Origin: Treponemataceae bacterium
Lineage (GTDB): Bacteria; Spirochaetota; Spirochaetia; Treponematales; Rectinemataceae
Assembly (NCBI GenBank): GCA_963667725.2
Contig: CAXXHO010000005.1
Coordinates: 544,001-608,000 of the forward strand
Direction of reading: 5' to 3'
DNA: 64,000 nt
Shown: in pieces, positions 27,632 to 36,965 of the stretch
Numbering within the stretch: the first letter of the stretch is position 1
Layout: each line of letters starts with the position of its first letter
Program-made: the position numbers and the translations under genes
Notes under the pieces: generated by a model
Databases searched by the model: none
Seen by the model: the letters and a program-made list of their open reading frames with translations, nothing else
Told to the model about the DNA's origin: nothing

Positions 27632-29290
27632 TCAGTACCTCCACAGCACCCCGCCGGAATAGAGGAAGAACTGCTGGGAATTCCCTGAAACGTTCCTGTA
27701 GTTCCTATGATTCCAGTACTGAATGCTGGCGTTCAACTCGAAGCCCTTGGGAAGCGGCATCATCCCTTTTAAGGTGACGCAGTGGCTCAGCTGGTCGGGA
27801 AGAGCCTGGATGGCCGCGAGCGTCGTGGACCGCGTGATGTCCGTCCTCGTGTCGTAGTCGTAATAGATCGGGTTCCCGTTCGCGTCCATCATGCCCAGGT
27901 AGATGGGACCCTTGACCAGGTACTCATAACCCAGCTCGACATTCGCGCCCGTGGGCAGGCTCGCGTTCACGAACACGCCCAGATGCTTGGCGTCGGGTCC
28001 ATAGGCGAAGCCGAGAGGCCAGTCCGTCGCCCAGCTCGGTCCCTGGATATGGCGATCGTACATGGTGAGATAGGGCTGCCACCGGCAGTAGGCCCACTCG
28101 TTGGCGAAGGTATATTCGCCGCCCGCGGTCAGTATGAGACCGTCGGCCGGCTTGAACGAATAGCGCCCTCCGGCCTGCCAGGCATATTGGGCCGGCTTGC
28201 CGCCGCTCCCCGCCTCGTCTCCCACGAGGAAGTCATCCACGGTGAACTCGCCGAAGAGCTGCAGCCCGTCGAGAGGCACGACGGAGGCGCTCAGGGACAT
28301 CATGACGTTGGTGAAGCCGGCCGAGTAGGCATTGTGGAAGAAGGAAGTAGGGAGGATATCGAGAAGGCCGGGGACCTTGCCGCCGATCATGGCCATCTCG
28401 GCCACGCCGAAACGGAATCTGTCCCAGAACCTCGCCTCCACCTGGTGATAGGCGTACATCTTCACCGCTTCCATCTCGGGGACGAGGTCGTGGTCGTTGA
28501 TGGGATCCCAAGGATTGACGCTGTTGTTCCCCGCGTCATAGGTGTCCCGAGGTCTGTACTGGATATCGGCTTCGGCCTTGTTGAGGAAGGTCGAGGAGGT
28601 GCCGATTATGGAGGTGAAGCGGAAATTTTCGCCGCCGACGGCGCCCTGCACATGGTCGTAATACTCGGCCTTCGTGTTGAGAAAGGTGTTGCTGAAGTGC
28701 CCGTCGCCCAGGCCCGACTTGAAGCGCCCCGCCGCGATCCAGGCATTCTTGCCGCCCGCCGAAACCCAGCCTTCCTGCGGAAATTTCCAGAACATCAGGT
28801 ACCTGAGCATCGCGTCCAGGTTCCAGGGAGCGATGAGGGAGAGATCGTTTACTCCCACATAATTCTGCCGCATCGAAAGATCGATCTTCACCTTGCCCGC
28901 GAAGGAATCGCCGATCGACATGTCCGCTCCAAGCTCGAGGAAGAGGGGCAGGCCGTCAAGGAAATACAGGAGGGTGGGATCGGCGCTGGGGGAGAGGCCA
29001 TAGGTCTGGATGCCGGTGACGCCGGTCACGGACGTCGGGTCGGCTGAGAAGATGAGGCGGCTCCTGAATTCCGGGGTTTTCGCCTGGCGGCCGTCGTAGC
29101 CGATGATTTCCGCCGCCTCGTTGCCCGAGAAAACGAAACCGTTGGTGACGGGAACCATTCCTTCCATTATATACTCGGCGAGCGCTCGGGCCATGTCGGG
29201 ATCATCGCGAAACGCCAGCTGGGCGCCCTGGGCGCCGAGCCTACAGACCAAACCCAGGAACAGGAAAACGCCATAGACCCAACGCTTCAT
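27632..29290 (-). CDS. Secreted putative outer-membrane protein (Wzi-like), paralog 4
   Basis: Signal peptide, AGRFKSGLGDGH, YHQVE, PTSFFHN, FGEFTVDDF, LGFAYGPDA, C-terminal WRY. Confidence 0.55.
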   Translation of the reverse strand: MKRWVYGVFLFLGLVCRLGAQGAQLAFRDDPDMARALAEYIMEGMVPVTNGFVFSGNEAAEIIGYDGRQAKTPEFRSRLIFSADPTSVTGVTGIQTYGLSPSADPTLLYFLDGLPLFLELGADMSIGDSFAGKVKIDLSMRQNYVGVNDLSLIAPWNLDAMLRYLMFWKFPQEGWVSAGGKNAWIAAGRFKSGLGDGHFSNTFLNTKAEYYDHVQGAVGGENFRFTSIIGTSSTFLNKAEADIQYRPRDTYDAGNNSVNPWDPINDHDLVPEMEAVKMYAYHQVEARFWDRFRFGVAEMAMIGGKVPGLLDILPTSFFHNAYSAGFTNVMMSLSASVVPLDGLQLFGEFTVDDFLVGDEAGSGGKPAQYAWQAGGRYSFKPADGLILTAGGEYTFANEWAYCRWQPYLTMYDRHIQGPSWATDWPLGFAYGPDAKHLGVFVNASLPTGANVELGYEYLVKGPIYLGMMDANGNPIYYDYDTRTDITRSTTLAAIQALPDQLSHCVTLKGMMPLPKGFELNASIQYWNHRNYRNVSGNSQQFFLYSGGVLWRY

Positions 29291-29485
29291 GATATCCTCC
29301 CTCCGACTCGGCGGTTCCGCGTTTCCGCGGTTCCGCTTTTTCCGCGGCTCCGCGGAAAAAGCTTTAGCTAAGTGTCGGCCTTTCTTCAGGTTCCGTCAAA
29401 CAGAATAGATTCCAGCCAGGTTTCTCGACGCCAGGAAACGATAATTCCCTTGCGCAGAATGGACGAAACCGCTAGAGTATCGCCC

Positions 29486-29749
29486 ATGAGTATCTTCGAG
29501 ATCATCATGCTCGTATGCTTCGGCGCGGCGTGGCCATTTTCGATTTACCGCTCCTACACCTCCGGAAAAACCGGCGGGAAAAGCGTGTTTTTCCTGATCA
29601 TCATCCTCGCGGGCTACGTGGCGGGCATCGCCAACAAGATCTTCTATCGCTTCGACAATGTCGTCTACCTCTATGCTCTCAACTTCGCGATGGTGGCCAT
29701 AGATACCGCCCTTTGGTTCCGCAACAAGAAAAGAGAAAAGAATTCCTGA
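29486..29749 (+). CDS. Small three-TM membrane protein (PQ-loop/SemiSWEET-like)
   Basis: 87 aa from ATG 29486: FEIIMLVCFGAAWP.SIYRSY.S..TGGKS, three hydrophobic helices. Confidence 0.65.
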   Translation: MSIFEIIMLVCFGAAWPFSIYRSYTSGKTGGKSVFFLIIILAGYVAGIANKIFYRFDNVVYLYALNFAMVAIDTALWFRNKKREKNS

Positions 29750-29797
29750 ACGGCGCGTTTAGCGCCCGCTTTAGCGCCCGTTTTAGCGGGCATCCTC

Positions 29798-29827
29798 TTG
29801 ACAGCTTTATTGATAATGATTATCAAT
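29798..29827 (+). promoter_or_regulatory. Fur box overlapping the fur-feoAB promoter
   Basis: TTGACA at 29798-29803 then palindrome ATTGATAAT-G-ATTATCAAT (29809-29827) containing a perfect TGATAAT-N-ATTATCA. Confidence 0.88.
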
Positions 29828-29844
29828 ATCAATAAGGAATAACA

Positions 29845-30342
29845 ATGAACGAAGAACGGATTCTTTTCGAAGACTATCTGCGGACCAGGAATCTCAAAAT
29901 GACATCGCCCAGGGAGACTGTCCTCAAGGCTTTCCTGGAAAACGAGGGACACTTGAGCGCCGACGATATTCTGGCCGCCGCGCGCGCTCTGGATCCGGGC
30001 ATCGGGCAGGCGACGGTCTTCAGGACGGTCAAACTGCTGGCCGATGCGGGTCTCGCGAGGGATGCCTGCCAGGACGATGGCCCCCGACGCTATGAACACG
30101 CCTATCACCATTCCCATCACGACCATCTCCTCTGCATGCGATGCGGGAAGATCATAGAGTTCTGCGACCCGGCCATAGAAAAGGCACAGGAAAAAATATT
30201 CCGCGCCTATGGATTCAAGGCGGTGGGCCACACGATGGAGCTCAAGGGGCTCTGCGCCGACTGTTCTAGAGAGGCCGGCGATTTTTCCGGACGACAACCT
30301 GCTCGTTCCGCCAACAAGGAGTCCTTAAATGCGGCTTTCTGA
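29845..30342 (+). CDS. fur: Fur-family ferric uptake regulator
   Basis: T.PRE.VL, HLSADDI, ATVFRT..LL, HHDHLLCMRCG.IIEF, GLCADC. Confidence 0.9.
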   Translation: MNEERILFEDYLRTRNLKMTSPRETVLKAFLENEGHLSADDILAAARALDPGIGQATVFRTVKLLADAGLARDACQDDGPRRYEHAYHHSHHDHLLCMRCGKIIEFCDPAIEKAQEKIFRAYGFKAVGHTMELKGLCADCSREAGDFSGRQPARSANKESLNAAF

Positions 30343-30850
30343 TTTAATCCCGGGAACGCCTTTCGTGGTATCAAGGGTGCTCGTGGGCGGAGAGATAGGC
30401 AAGAGGCTGGCCGATATGGGGTTCACGGATGGAGCCGCAGGAATTCTCGTGCGGGGAGCCTTCTTGCGCGGACCGATTCAGGTGCAGATCAGGGGCTACG
30501 ATCTCCTCATCAGGCGGGGGGAGGCGAAGCTCATAGAGGTGGCGGCGATGGAAGGCGCCGTCGGTGGCACCGGCGCGGACGTGGACAGCGGGGGTTCGGA
30601 GGAGGCCGCCGGCGCCGCCGGGGCAGGTCAGGAAAACGAAGCGGCAGGCAGGCCATACAGAGCGCGCCGAGGCCGCGGCGGCTTGTTTCGGAGCCTGTTC
30701 GCCGAACCGGATTGCTGCGGCGGCGCCAGCCAAGGCAGGCGCGCCAGCCAAAGCTGTAGCGCCGATCAAGGAAAGCGCGCCAATCAGGGCAGCGGCGCCC
30801 GTCAACGCGGCGGCACCCGCCATGATCCAAACGACAGGAAGTCAGCATGA
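30329..30850 (+). CDS. feoA: FeoA with low-complexity C-terminal extension
   Basis: RLADMGF..G, GPIQVQIRGY.L.IRR.EA in the first ~75 aa; directly upstream of feoB. Confidence 0.85.
   Translation: MRLSDLIPGTPFVVSRVLVGGEIGKRLADMGFTDGAAGILVRGAFLRGPIQVQIRGYDLLIRRGEAKLIEVAAMEGAVGGTGADVDSGGSEEAAGAAGAGQENEAAGRPYRARRGRGGLFRSLFAEPDCCGGASQGRRASQSCSADQGKRANQGSGARQRGGTRHDPNDRKSA
30723..30821 (+). repeat. Degenerate 18-bp tandem repeat, about 5.5 copies, in the feoA tail
   Basis: Units GCGCCAGCCAAGGCAGGC, GCGCCAGCCAAAGCTGTA, GCGCCGATCAAGGAAAGC, GCGCCAATCAGGGCAGCG, GCGCCCGTCAACGCGGCG. Confidence 0.7.
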
Positions 30851-32925
30851 TGAAAACGATACGCGTCGCCCTGGCCGGCAATCCCAACGCGGGCAAGACA
30901 AGCCTTTTCAACGCCATAACGGGCGCCCACCACAAGGTGGGCAACTACCCCGGCGTGACAGTCGAAAAGCGCGAAGGCCTCCACGAGTATAAAAACATAC
31001 AATTCCGGTTCATCGATCTTCCCGGAATCTACAGCCTCACCGCCTACTCCCTCGACGAGGTGGTGACCCGCGATTTCCTCCTGGAGGAAAAACCCGACAT
31101 CGTCATAGACGTCCTCGACTCCACGAACCTCGAGCGGAACCTCTACTTATGCCTCCAGTTCCAGGAACTCGGCATCCCCGTCGTGGGCGCCCTCAATATG
31201 ACCGACGAGGCCGAAACCAAGGGCCTTCGCATCGACGCGAAGATTCTCTCGGACACCCTGGGCATTCCTCTCGTCAAGACTGTCGGGACGAGCGGCATCG
31301 GCATCGAGAGACTCCTCGACGCCGTGCTCGCCACCCTGGAAAAGGCCGAATTGACCCCCGGGAAGGGACAGGACAAGGCCCCGAGCTATGGCGACGAAAT
31401 CGAGTCGCGGCTCGGCCCCCTCCAGGAAGCGATAGCCTCCGACAAGACCTTCGTGGCGCGGTATCCCGCCCGCTGGATAGCCATCAAGCTTCTCGAGAAC
31501 GATGCCAATGCCCTCAAAAAACTGGAACAGCATGAGCGGGGCACCGAGGTCGGGGAGAAAGCCGCCGCCGACAGGGCCTGGCTTTCGAAACATTACGGCA
31601 AGGATTCGGAAATCGTCGTCACCGAACAGCGCTATGGCTATATCAGGGGCGCCCTCAGGGAAGCCGTAAAAAAAGTGCCGGTGAACCATGTCCAGGTGAC
31701 TGAAATCATCGATAAATTCCTGATGAGTCCCATCGTGGGCCTCCCCATCTTCTTCCTCATAATCTGGGGCATTTTCAAACTCACCTTCGCCCTGGGCGAA
31801 TTGCCCGCCCAGATCCTAGAGCACTTCTTCGGCCTCCTGACTTCGGCCAGCCAGGCCCTCATCCCGCCCGGGCTCCTGCAGTCCCTCATCGTTGACGGCA
31901 TCATAGGAGGCGTGGGCGGCGTTTTCTCCTTCGTCCCCCTCATAGTCATCCTCTTTCTCTGCATCTCCATACTCGAGGATACAGGCTACATGTCGCGCGC
32001 GGCCTTCCTTACCGACAAGGCCCTTCACGCCTTCGGCCTTCACGGCCAATCCTTCATGCCCATGATGCTCGGCTTCGGCTGCACCGTGCCCGCCATTATG
32101 GCCACGCGCACGCTCAAGAGCCCCCGGGACCGGATCGCGACCATACTCGCCGTCCCTTTCATGAGCTGCGGCGCCAAGCTGCCCGTCTACGTTCTATTGG
32201 CAGGCACCTTTTTCCCGAAAAACGCCGACAATGTCGTTATGGCAGTCTACCTGGCCGGCGTCGTACTCTCCATGCTCTCCACCGTTTTTCTGCGCAAGAC
32301 CGTGCTGAAAGGTCAGACCACGCCCTTTGTCATGGAGCTGCCGCCGTACCGCCTGCCCACCTGGCGGGGAATATTCTGGCATGTATGGGGAAAAACCTGG
32401 AACTACATAAAGAAAGCGGGAACGGTCATCCTCGCGGCCTCGGTGCTGATCTGGGTGATCACCACCTTTCCCCAGCCAAAGGACGCGGACGCGCAGCCTG
32501 AATCGACACGGAGCGAATATCGCCTGGAATACAGTCTGGCGGGACGGATAGGCAAGTTCATCGAACCGGCCATAAGGCCGCTGGGCTTCAACTGGAAAAT
32601 CGGCGTGGCCCTCATCCCGGGATTCAGCGCCAAGGAACTCGTCGTATCGACGCTCGGCATCCTCTATGGGGCGGAAACCGTCGATGGCGAAGAAACGGAG
32701 TCGCTTCGGTCGGCCCTGCGGCGCGACCCGGACATGAACCCCCTCACCGCCATCGTCCTCATGATGTTCATCCTGATAATGCCGCCCTGCTTCGCGAGCC
32801 TCGCGACGATAAAGGCCGAGGCGGGCAACAAATGGCTCATCTTCCAGGTAGTCTATTCGTTCACGCTGGCCTGGCTTGTCTCATTTATTGTGAAAGTGGC
32901 CGGCGGGTTCCTGACCGGCGCCTGA
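30847..32925 (+). CDS. feoB: Ferrous iron transporter B
   Basis: GNPNAGKTSLFN, VGNYPGVTVEK, DLPGIYSL, NMTD, LEDTGYMSRAA, GFGCTVPA, PFMSCGAKLPVY, FVMELPPY. Confidence 0.97.
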   Translation: MMKTIRVALAGNPNAGKTSLFNAITGAHHKVGNYPGVTVEKREGLHEYKNIQFRFIDLPGIYSLTAYSLDEVVTRDFLLEEKPDIVIDVLDSTNLERNLYLCLQFQELGIPVVGALNMTDEAETKGLRIDAKILSDTLGIPLVKTVGTSGIGIERLLDAVLATLEKAELTPGKGQDKAPSYGDEIESRLGPLQEAIASDKTFVARYPARWIAIKLLENDANALKKLEQHERGTEVGEKAAADRAWLSKHYGKDSEIVVTEQRYGYIRGALREAVKKVPVNHVQVTEIIDKFLMSPIVGLPIFFLIIWGIFKLTFALGELPAQILEHFFGLLTSASQALIPPGLLQSLIVDGIIGGVGGVFSFVPLIVILFLCISILEDTGYMSRAAFLTDKALHAFGLHGQSFMPMMLGFGCTVPAIMATRTLKSPRDRIATILAVPFMSCGAKLPVYVLLAGTFFPKNADNVVMAVYLAGVVLSMLSTVFLRKTVLKGQTTPFVMELPPYRLPTWRGIFWHVWGKTWNYIKKAGTVILAASVLIWVITTFPQPKDADAQPESTRSEYRLEYSLAGRIGKFIEPAIRPLGFNWKIGVALIPGFSAKELVVSTLGILYGAETVDGEETESLRSALRRDPDMNPLTAIVLMMFILIMPPCFASLATIKAEAGNKWLIFQVVYSFTLAWLVSFIVKVAGGFLTGA

Positions 32926-33303
32926 GTTCCTGCCCATGCAGTCGGCGCAGATGCCCGTGGCGTAGAGCGTGTGGCTGCGGATCTCGACGCCCGAGTCCTT
33001 TTCCATGTCCTTCAGGAGAGGTTCCACCCTGCAGGCGCCGAGGTCCACGAAGCAGTGGCAGCGTTCGCAGTGGAACCAGTGCCTGTGCCGGGCGCCGCAT
33101 GAAACGTAGTAGCGCTCGGTGCCATGGACGGCGCAGTGGAGCACGAAGGACTCGGCGAAGCCATTTTCTTCCAGATAATGGAGCGAACGGTAAATCGTCG
33201 CCGTGTCGCAGATACTTCCCGTGATAGCCCCCACATCGAGGGCGCAGAGCGGTTTGCCCGCCGCGTCCAGGATATCCTGAACCGCTTTTCTCGCCTTGGT
33301 CAT
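32881..33303 (-). CDS. Second Fur-family regulator, probably Zur
   Basis: 140 aa from ATG 33303: ATIYRSL..L, HRHWFHCERC, GICADC; last gene of the metal ABC operon. Confidence 0.82.
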   Translation of the reverse strand: MTKARKAVQDILDAAGKPLCALDVGAITGSICDTATIYRSLHYLEENGFAESFVLHCAVHGTERYYVSCGARHRHWFHCERCHCFVDLGACRVEPLLKDMEKDSGVEIRSHTLYATGICADCMGRNSGAGQEPAGHFHNK

Positions 33304-33311
33304 CGCTTCGC

Positions 33312-34151
33312 CTAAGCCTTGCGTCGGATTCTGAGCGCCGAGACGACGAGGAACGTCGCGCCGGCGACAAGGACGACGACGGCGCCCGAAGGCAGGTCCA
33401 ACCCCCAGCTCACGATGAGGCCGGCCGCCGAAAACGCCACCGAGAAGACCGTTCCCAGCACCATCATGCCTGCGAGATTCTTCGAAAAATAACCGGCCGT
33501 GCCCGCCGGCAAGGTAAGCATCGCGATCACCATCACGATGCCAACGAAGGTCTGGAGGAGGACGATGGCGACGGCGGTGACGGCGAGAATGACGAAGAAG
33601 ACGACATCGGTATTCACGCCACGCGTCTTGGCGAACTCCTCGTCGAAGGCGCTCGCCTCGATCTGCGGGTAATAGCTCCAGGCGAGGACGATGACGACGA
33701 TGTCCAGGACGGCGAGGAGGACGAGGTCTCTCGCGGACACGAGGAGTATGTTTCCGAAAAGGTAGCTCATGGGGTCGGCGTAGCCCGGCGTCTTGGCGAT
33801 GAAGACGATGCCGATGCTCATGCCGATGGCCCAGAGCGCGTTGATGACGGTGTCCTCTCGCTGCTTGGCCTTGAGGGAGACAAAGCCGATCAGGGCAGCC
33901 GAGATTATGGCGAAGACGAGCGCCCCCAGGATGGGAGACAAGCCCGGCACGATGTTCTTCGCCGAGAGGTAGAGGGCGAGCCCGATGCCCCCCAGCACGG
34001 CGTGCGATATGGCGCCGGCGAGGCCCGCGATGCGTTTCACCGTGACGACGGAGCCGAGGACTCCGAAAAGTACGCTGGACAGAAGGCCCGCGACCAGGGC
34101 GTTCCTGACGAAGGGCATGGCGGGATCGAAAAGCGCCGAGAAGAAATTCAT
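33312..34151 (-). CDS. znuB: Zn/Mn ABC transporter permease
   Basis: AISHAVLGG, SYLFGNIL, FDEEFA, VGIVMVIAML..PA. Confidence 0.9.
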   Translation of the reverse strand: MNFFSALFDPAMPFVRNALVAGLLSSVLFGVLGSVVTVKRIAGLAGAISHAVLGGIGLALYLSAKNIVPGLSPILGALVFAIISAALIGFVSLKAKQREDTVINALWAIGMSIGIVFIAKTPGYADPMSYLFGNILLVSARDLVLLAVLDIVVIVLAWSYYPQIEASAFDEEFAKTRGVNTDVVFFVILAVTAVAIVLLQTFVGIVMVIAMLTLPAGTAGYFSKNLAGMMVLGTVFSVAFSAAGLIVSWGLDLPSGAVVVLVAGATFLVVSALRIRRKA

Positions 34152-34990
34152 GACCGCCCTCCTGTCGTGTTTTCCCGCGCCGCGACGGGATTGCCGCAGG
34201 ATTCCCCGTCTTCGGGATCGCAGCAGGCGTCGGGCAGCTCGGTGTCGTGGAGGACCTGGAGGACCGTGCCTCCATAAAGGCCCGAGGAAACGTGCTCGGC
34301 GGGGCCGGAGGCGTGACGCACGACACTGAGGGGATGTTCGCGGCTTTCACCGACGCAGAGGACCACGTCGGTGAGCGAGGACACGAAGGCGGTGTCGTGG
34401 GTGGCTATGAGAATCGTCGTTTTGCCTTTCAGGTTTCCGAGGACGGAAAAAAGCCTTTCCTCGCTCTCGCGGTCCATGTTGGCCGTCGGTTCGTCCAGAA
34501 TGAGCAGGTTGGGCGCGCTCGCGAGCGCCCGCGCCACGAGGACTCGCCGGCGCTGGCCGCCGGACAGGGCCGTATAGGAACGCTTGCGGAGATCGGCGAC
34601 GGCGGCCAGCTCGAGGGCCGTGTCTATATCGGAACAGGAGGCCTCGGCGCCCCTGCAGCCCTTCCCGAAGCCCTCCAGCCGCCCCATCCTCACCACCTCT
34701 TCCACCGAAATGGGAAAGGCCGGATCGAAGCTCATGTATTGGGGCACATAGCCTATGCCGCCTCTCGCCGCTTCCGGACGCTTGCCGAAGATCTCGACCT
34801 TTCCCGCGCCCGGCTTGGCCAGCCCCATGATGAGGCGGAGGATGGTCGTCTTGCCGGAGCCGTTCGGCCCCACGAGGGCGACAAGCTCGCCAGCGTGGAC
34901 ATGGAAGGAACTGCCGCGCAGGACCTCCACCTCGCCGTGGGCGAAATCCACGCCGGCGAATTCTATGGCGATTTTCTTGTGTTCGCTCAT
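34148..34990 (-). CDS. znuC: Zn/Mn ABC transporter ATPase
   Basis: GPNGSGKTT, IGYVPQ, FPISV, LSGGQRRRVLVARAL, LDEPT. Confidence 0.9.
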   Translation of the reverse strand: MSEHKKIAIEFAGVDFAHGEVEVLRGSSFHVHAGELVALVGPNGSGKTTILRLIMGLAKPGAGKVEIFGKRPEAARGGIGYVPQYMSFDPAFPISVEEVVRMGRLEGFGKGCRGAEASCSDIDTALELAAVADLRKRSYTALSGGQRRRVLVARALASAPNLLILDEPTANMDRESEERLFSVLGNLKGKTTILIATHDTAFVSSLTDVVLCVGESREHPLSVVRHASGPAEHVSSGLYGGTVLQVLHDTELPDACCDPEDGESCGNPVAARENTTGGRS

Positions 34991-35002
34991 GATTTCCCGA
35001 TC

Positions 35003-35965
35003 TCAGCGGGTCGCGGCCTGCTTGAGCGCAGCCCGCTTGAGAGCCTCTCCCATGATTCCTATATTCTCGAGCCAGTTCTCTGCCAGGGGATCGATCTGGA
35101 CGACGACCCCGCCTATAGCCGCGGCCACCGTCTGCGCAGCGGCCGACGAGAATTGTTTCTGCACGAAAATCACCTTGGCCCCGTCAGCTTTCGCGTTCTT
35201 TATGAGGAGGGCGAGGGTTTTCTGCGTCGGCTCCTTGCCGCCGACCTCCACCGCCTCCTGCCTGATCCCGAAGTTGTCCAGAAAGTAGCCGAACGAAGGG
35301 TGATACACGAAGGCGGTGGCGCCCCTCAGCGGCGCGAGCTGCTTCGAGAGGTCGGCGAAGAGGGTGTCGATTTCCCCGCGGTACGCGTCGTGGTTGGCCC
35401 TGAAATATGCCGCGTCGGCGGGTTTGAGGGCAATCAGGGTATCCCTGATCGTGGCCAGCTGGAGCCTCACGGCATCCAAGCCTAGCCAGACATGGGGATC
35501 AATGCCGCCTTCGTCGTGATCCTCATCCGCCGCCCGAGCCTCTGGAGCCTCCTCCTCATGGTCATGCGTTTCGAGCGTCCTATAAGAGATGCCCTGGGCG
35601 CTGTTGACGATTTTGAGTTTGGGATAGAGGGATTTGACCTTGGGCAGAAGGGCGTTCTCGAACTCGACGCCTATGGAGAACCAGATCGCCGCCCCGCTCA
35701 GCTCCGCCATTTGGCGGGGCGTCGGCTCGTAGCTATGGGGGGATGCGCCCGGCCCAACGAGGGTGAGAATCCTCACCCTGTCGCCGCCTATCCTCGCGAC
35801 GAATTCGGACTGGGGAAGGATGCTGACCGCGATCGTAGGAACGGCCTGGCCCGCCGCGGACGCGGAAGCGATACAGAGGGCGGCGAATACGGGGAGAAAA
35901 ACGGCGCGGAAACCTCGAACGGATGGCCTTGTCTTGGTAAAATGAATAGTGTATTTGCGAATCAT
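35003..35965 (-). CDS. znuA: Zinc ABC transporter substrate-binding protein
   Basis: SPHSYEPTP, His/acidic loop HDHEEE...DEDHDE, DPHVWL, YHPSFGYF; ATG 35965. Confidence 0.9.
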   Translation of the reverse strand: MIRKYTIHFTKTRPSVRGFRAVFLPVFAALCIASASAAGQAVPTIAVSILPQSEFVARIGGDRVRILTLVGPGASPHSYEPTPRQMAELSGAAIWFSIGVEFENALLPKVKSLYPKLKIVNSAQGISYRTLETHDHEEEAPEARAADEDHDEGGIDPHVWLGLDAVRLQLATIRDTLIALKPADAAYFRANHDAYRGEIDTLFADLSKQLAPLRGATAFVYHPSFGYFLDNFGIRQEAVEVGGKEPTQKTLALLIKNAKADGAKVIFVQKQFSSAAAQTVAAAIGGVVVQIDPLAENWLENIGIMGEALKRAALKQAATR

Positions 35966-36000
35966 TCGCAAAATATAGCGTCAAGAGCGTAAAAAGGCAA
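35954..36000 (-). promoter_or_regulatory. znuA promoter with 9-1-9 palindromic operator
   Basis: TTGCCT-N17-TATATT (36000-35972) and perfect palindrome TTTGCGAAT-C-ATTCGCAAA (35954-35972) covering the predicted start site and ATG. Confidence 0.72.
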
Positions 36001-36022
36001 GCGCTTGGCGCATCGGTTCGCC

Positions 36023-36814
36023 TTATCGCACTTTAGCAGTGAGGCGATCGATGATGAGAATGGAGCAAACCGAGGCCGCATAGGCTAGAAGGGTGCCCAG
36101 CCAGGGTCCCAAGGCCACGAAAAAGAGGCCGGCGCAGGTCGAGAAGACAATTATATTGCATGAGGAGAGTATGAGGATCTTGCCGGTGGCCTGGGCGAAA
36201 TCGGGACCCTGGCTCATGGTCAGTATCACCATCGTGGAAGTCATGACGGCGGGAAAGGTGGCGAGCACTCCCGTCATGTAGGGAGGGGCCACCTGGGCGA
36301 TCGCGACAGCCCCGGCCACCACGCCGCCCGCGAAAAAAGCCCGGACCATGGAAACCTTCCAGGAAAACTTCACGGGCTTCTTTTCGACGCGCTTCGCGCC
36401 GAGTTTCGCGCTCACAAGAAAGAAAAGCGCGGCCGTGACGACGGCATACGCGGCTATGGAAGCGAGAAAATTGAGCGGCGGGAGGACGGCCAGCACAAGG
36501 ATCGCCGCTAGAGCCCAGGCGGCGAATGAGGCCGGCAGGGCGATTCGAAGCCCATACGGTATGGTAAAGACAAAAACGGCGAGGAATATCGTATCGATCA
36601 TCATCCCCATGGGAACGCCCGCCGTGGAAGCCGCGGCATACTCAGGTCCCTTGGTGATGCCCATAAAGAGGAGGGAGATGAGGATATTGGAAGGCATATT
36701 GCCGAGAAGACCGGCCTTCCGGCTGCCCAGACGCTCGCCGAAGTAGGTGACGGACGCTATCCAGGCGCCGGCGATGACAAAGGAGAGCGCAATGCGTATC
36801 AATACCATATTCAT
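36023..36814 (-). CDS. Multi-pass membrane protein with two internal repeats (DUF3147-like)
   Basis: Repeated G..AG.L..(M/F)P and GP.(Y/F)A segments; highly hydrophobic; start ATG 36814 or 36808. Confidence 0.6.
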   Translation of the reverse strand: MNMVLIRIALSFVIAGAWIASVTYFGERLGSRKAGLLGNMPSNILISLLFMGITKGPEYAAASTAGVPMGMMIDTIFLAVFVFTIPYGLRIALPASFAAWALAAILVLAVLPPLNFLASIAAYAVVTAALFFLVSAKLGAKRVEKKPVKFSWKVSMVRAFFAGGVVAGAVAIAQVAPPYMTGVLATFPAVMTSTMVILTMSQGPDFAQATGKILILSSCNIIVFSTCAGLFFVALGPWLGTLLAYAASVCSILIIDRLTAKVR

Positions 36815-36965
36815 ACCGTAAATAACCTTTTCGATGCGGGATGTCGGGACAGGAAACCGAATCAGTATAGCCCGCATGGCCAAACGGCGCCACCTCGCGA
36901 TCCATGGTTTCGGGCGCCTGGAGACTATGATAAAATCCAGGATCGGATAAAAACTGGAGGTCGCC

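Noticed and set aside
29310..29790. Short repeats (CCGCGG/TTCCGC cluster near 29310-29355; TTTAGCGCCCG x2.5 near 29757-29790)
   Set aside because: Few degenerate copies, no assignable function.
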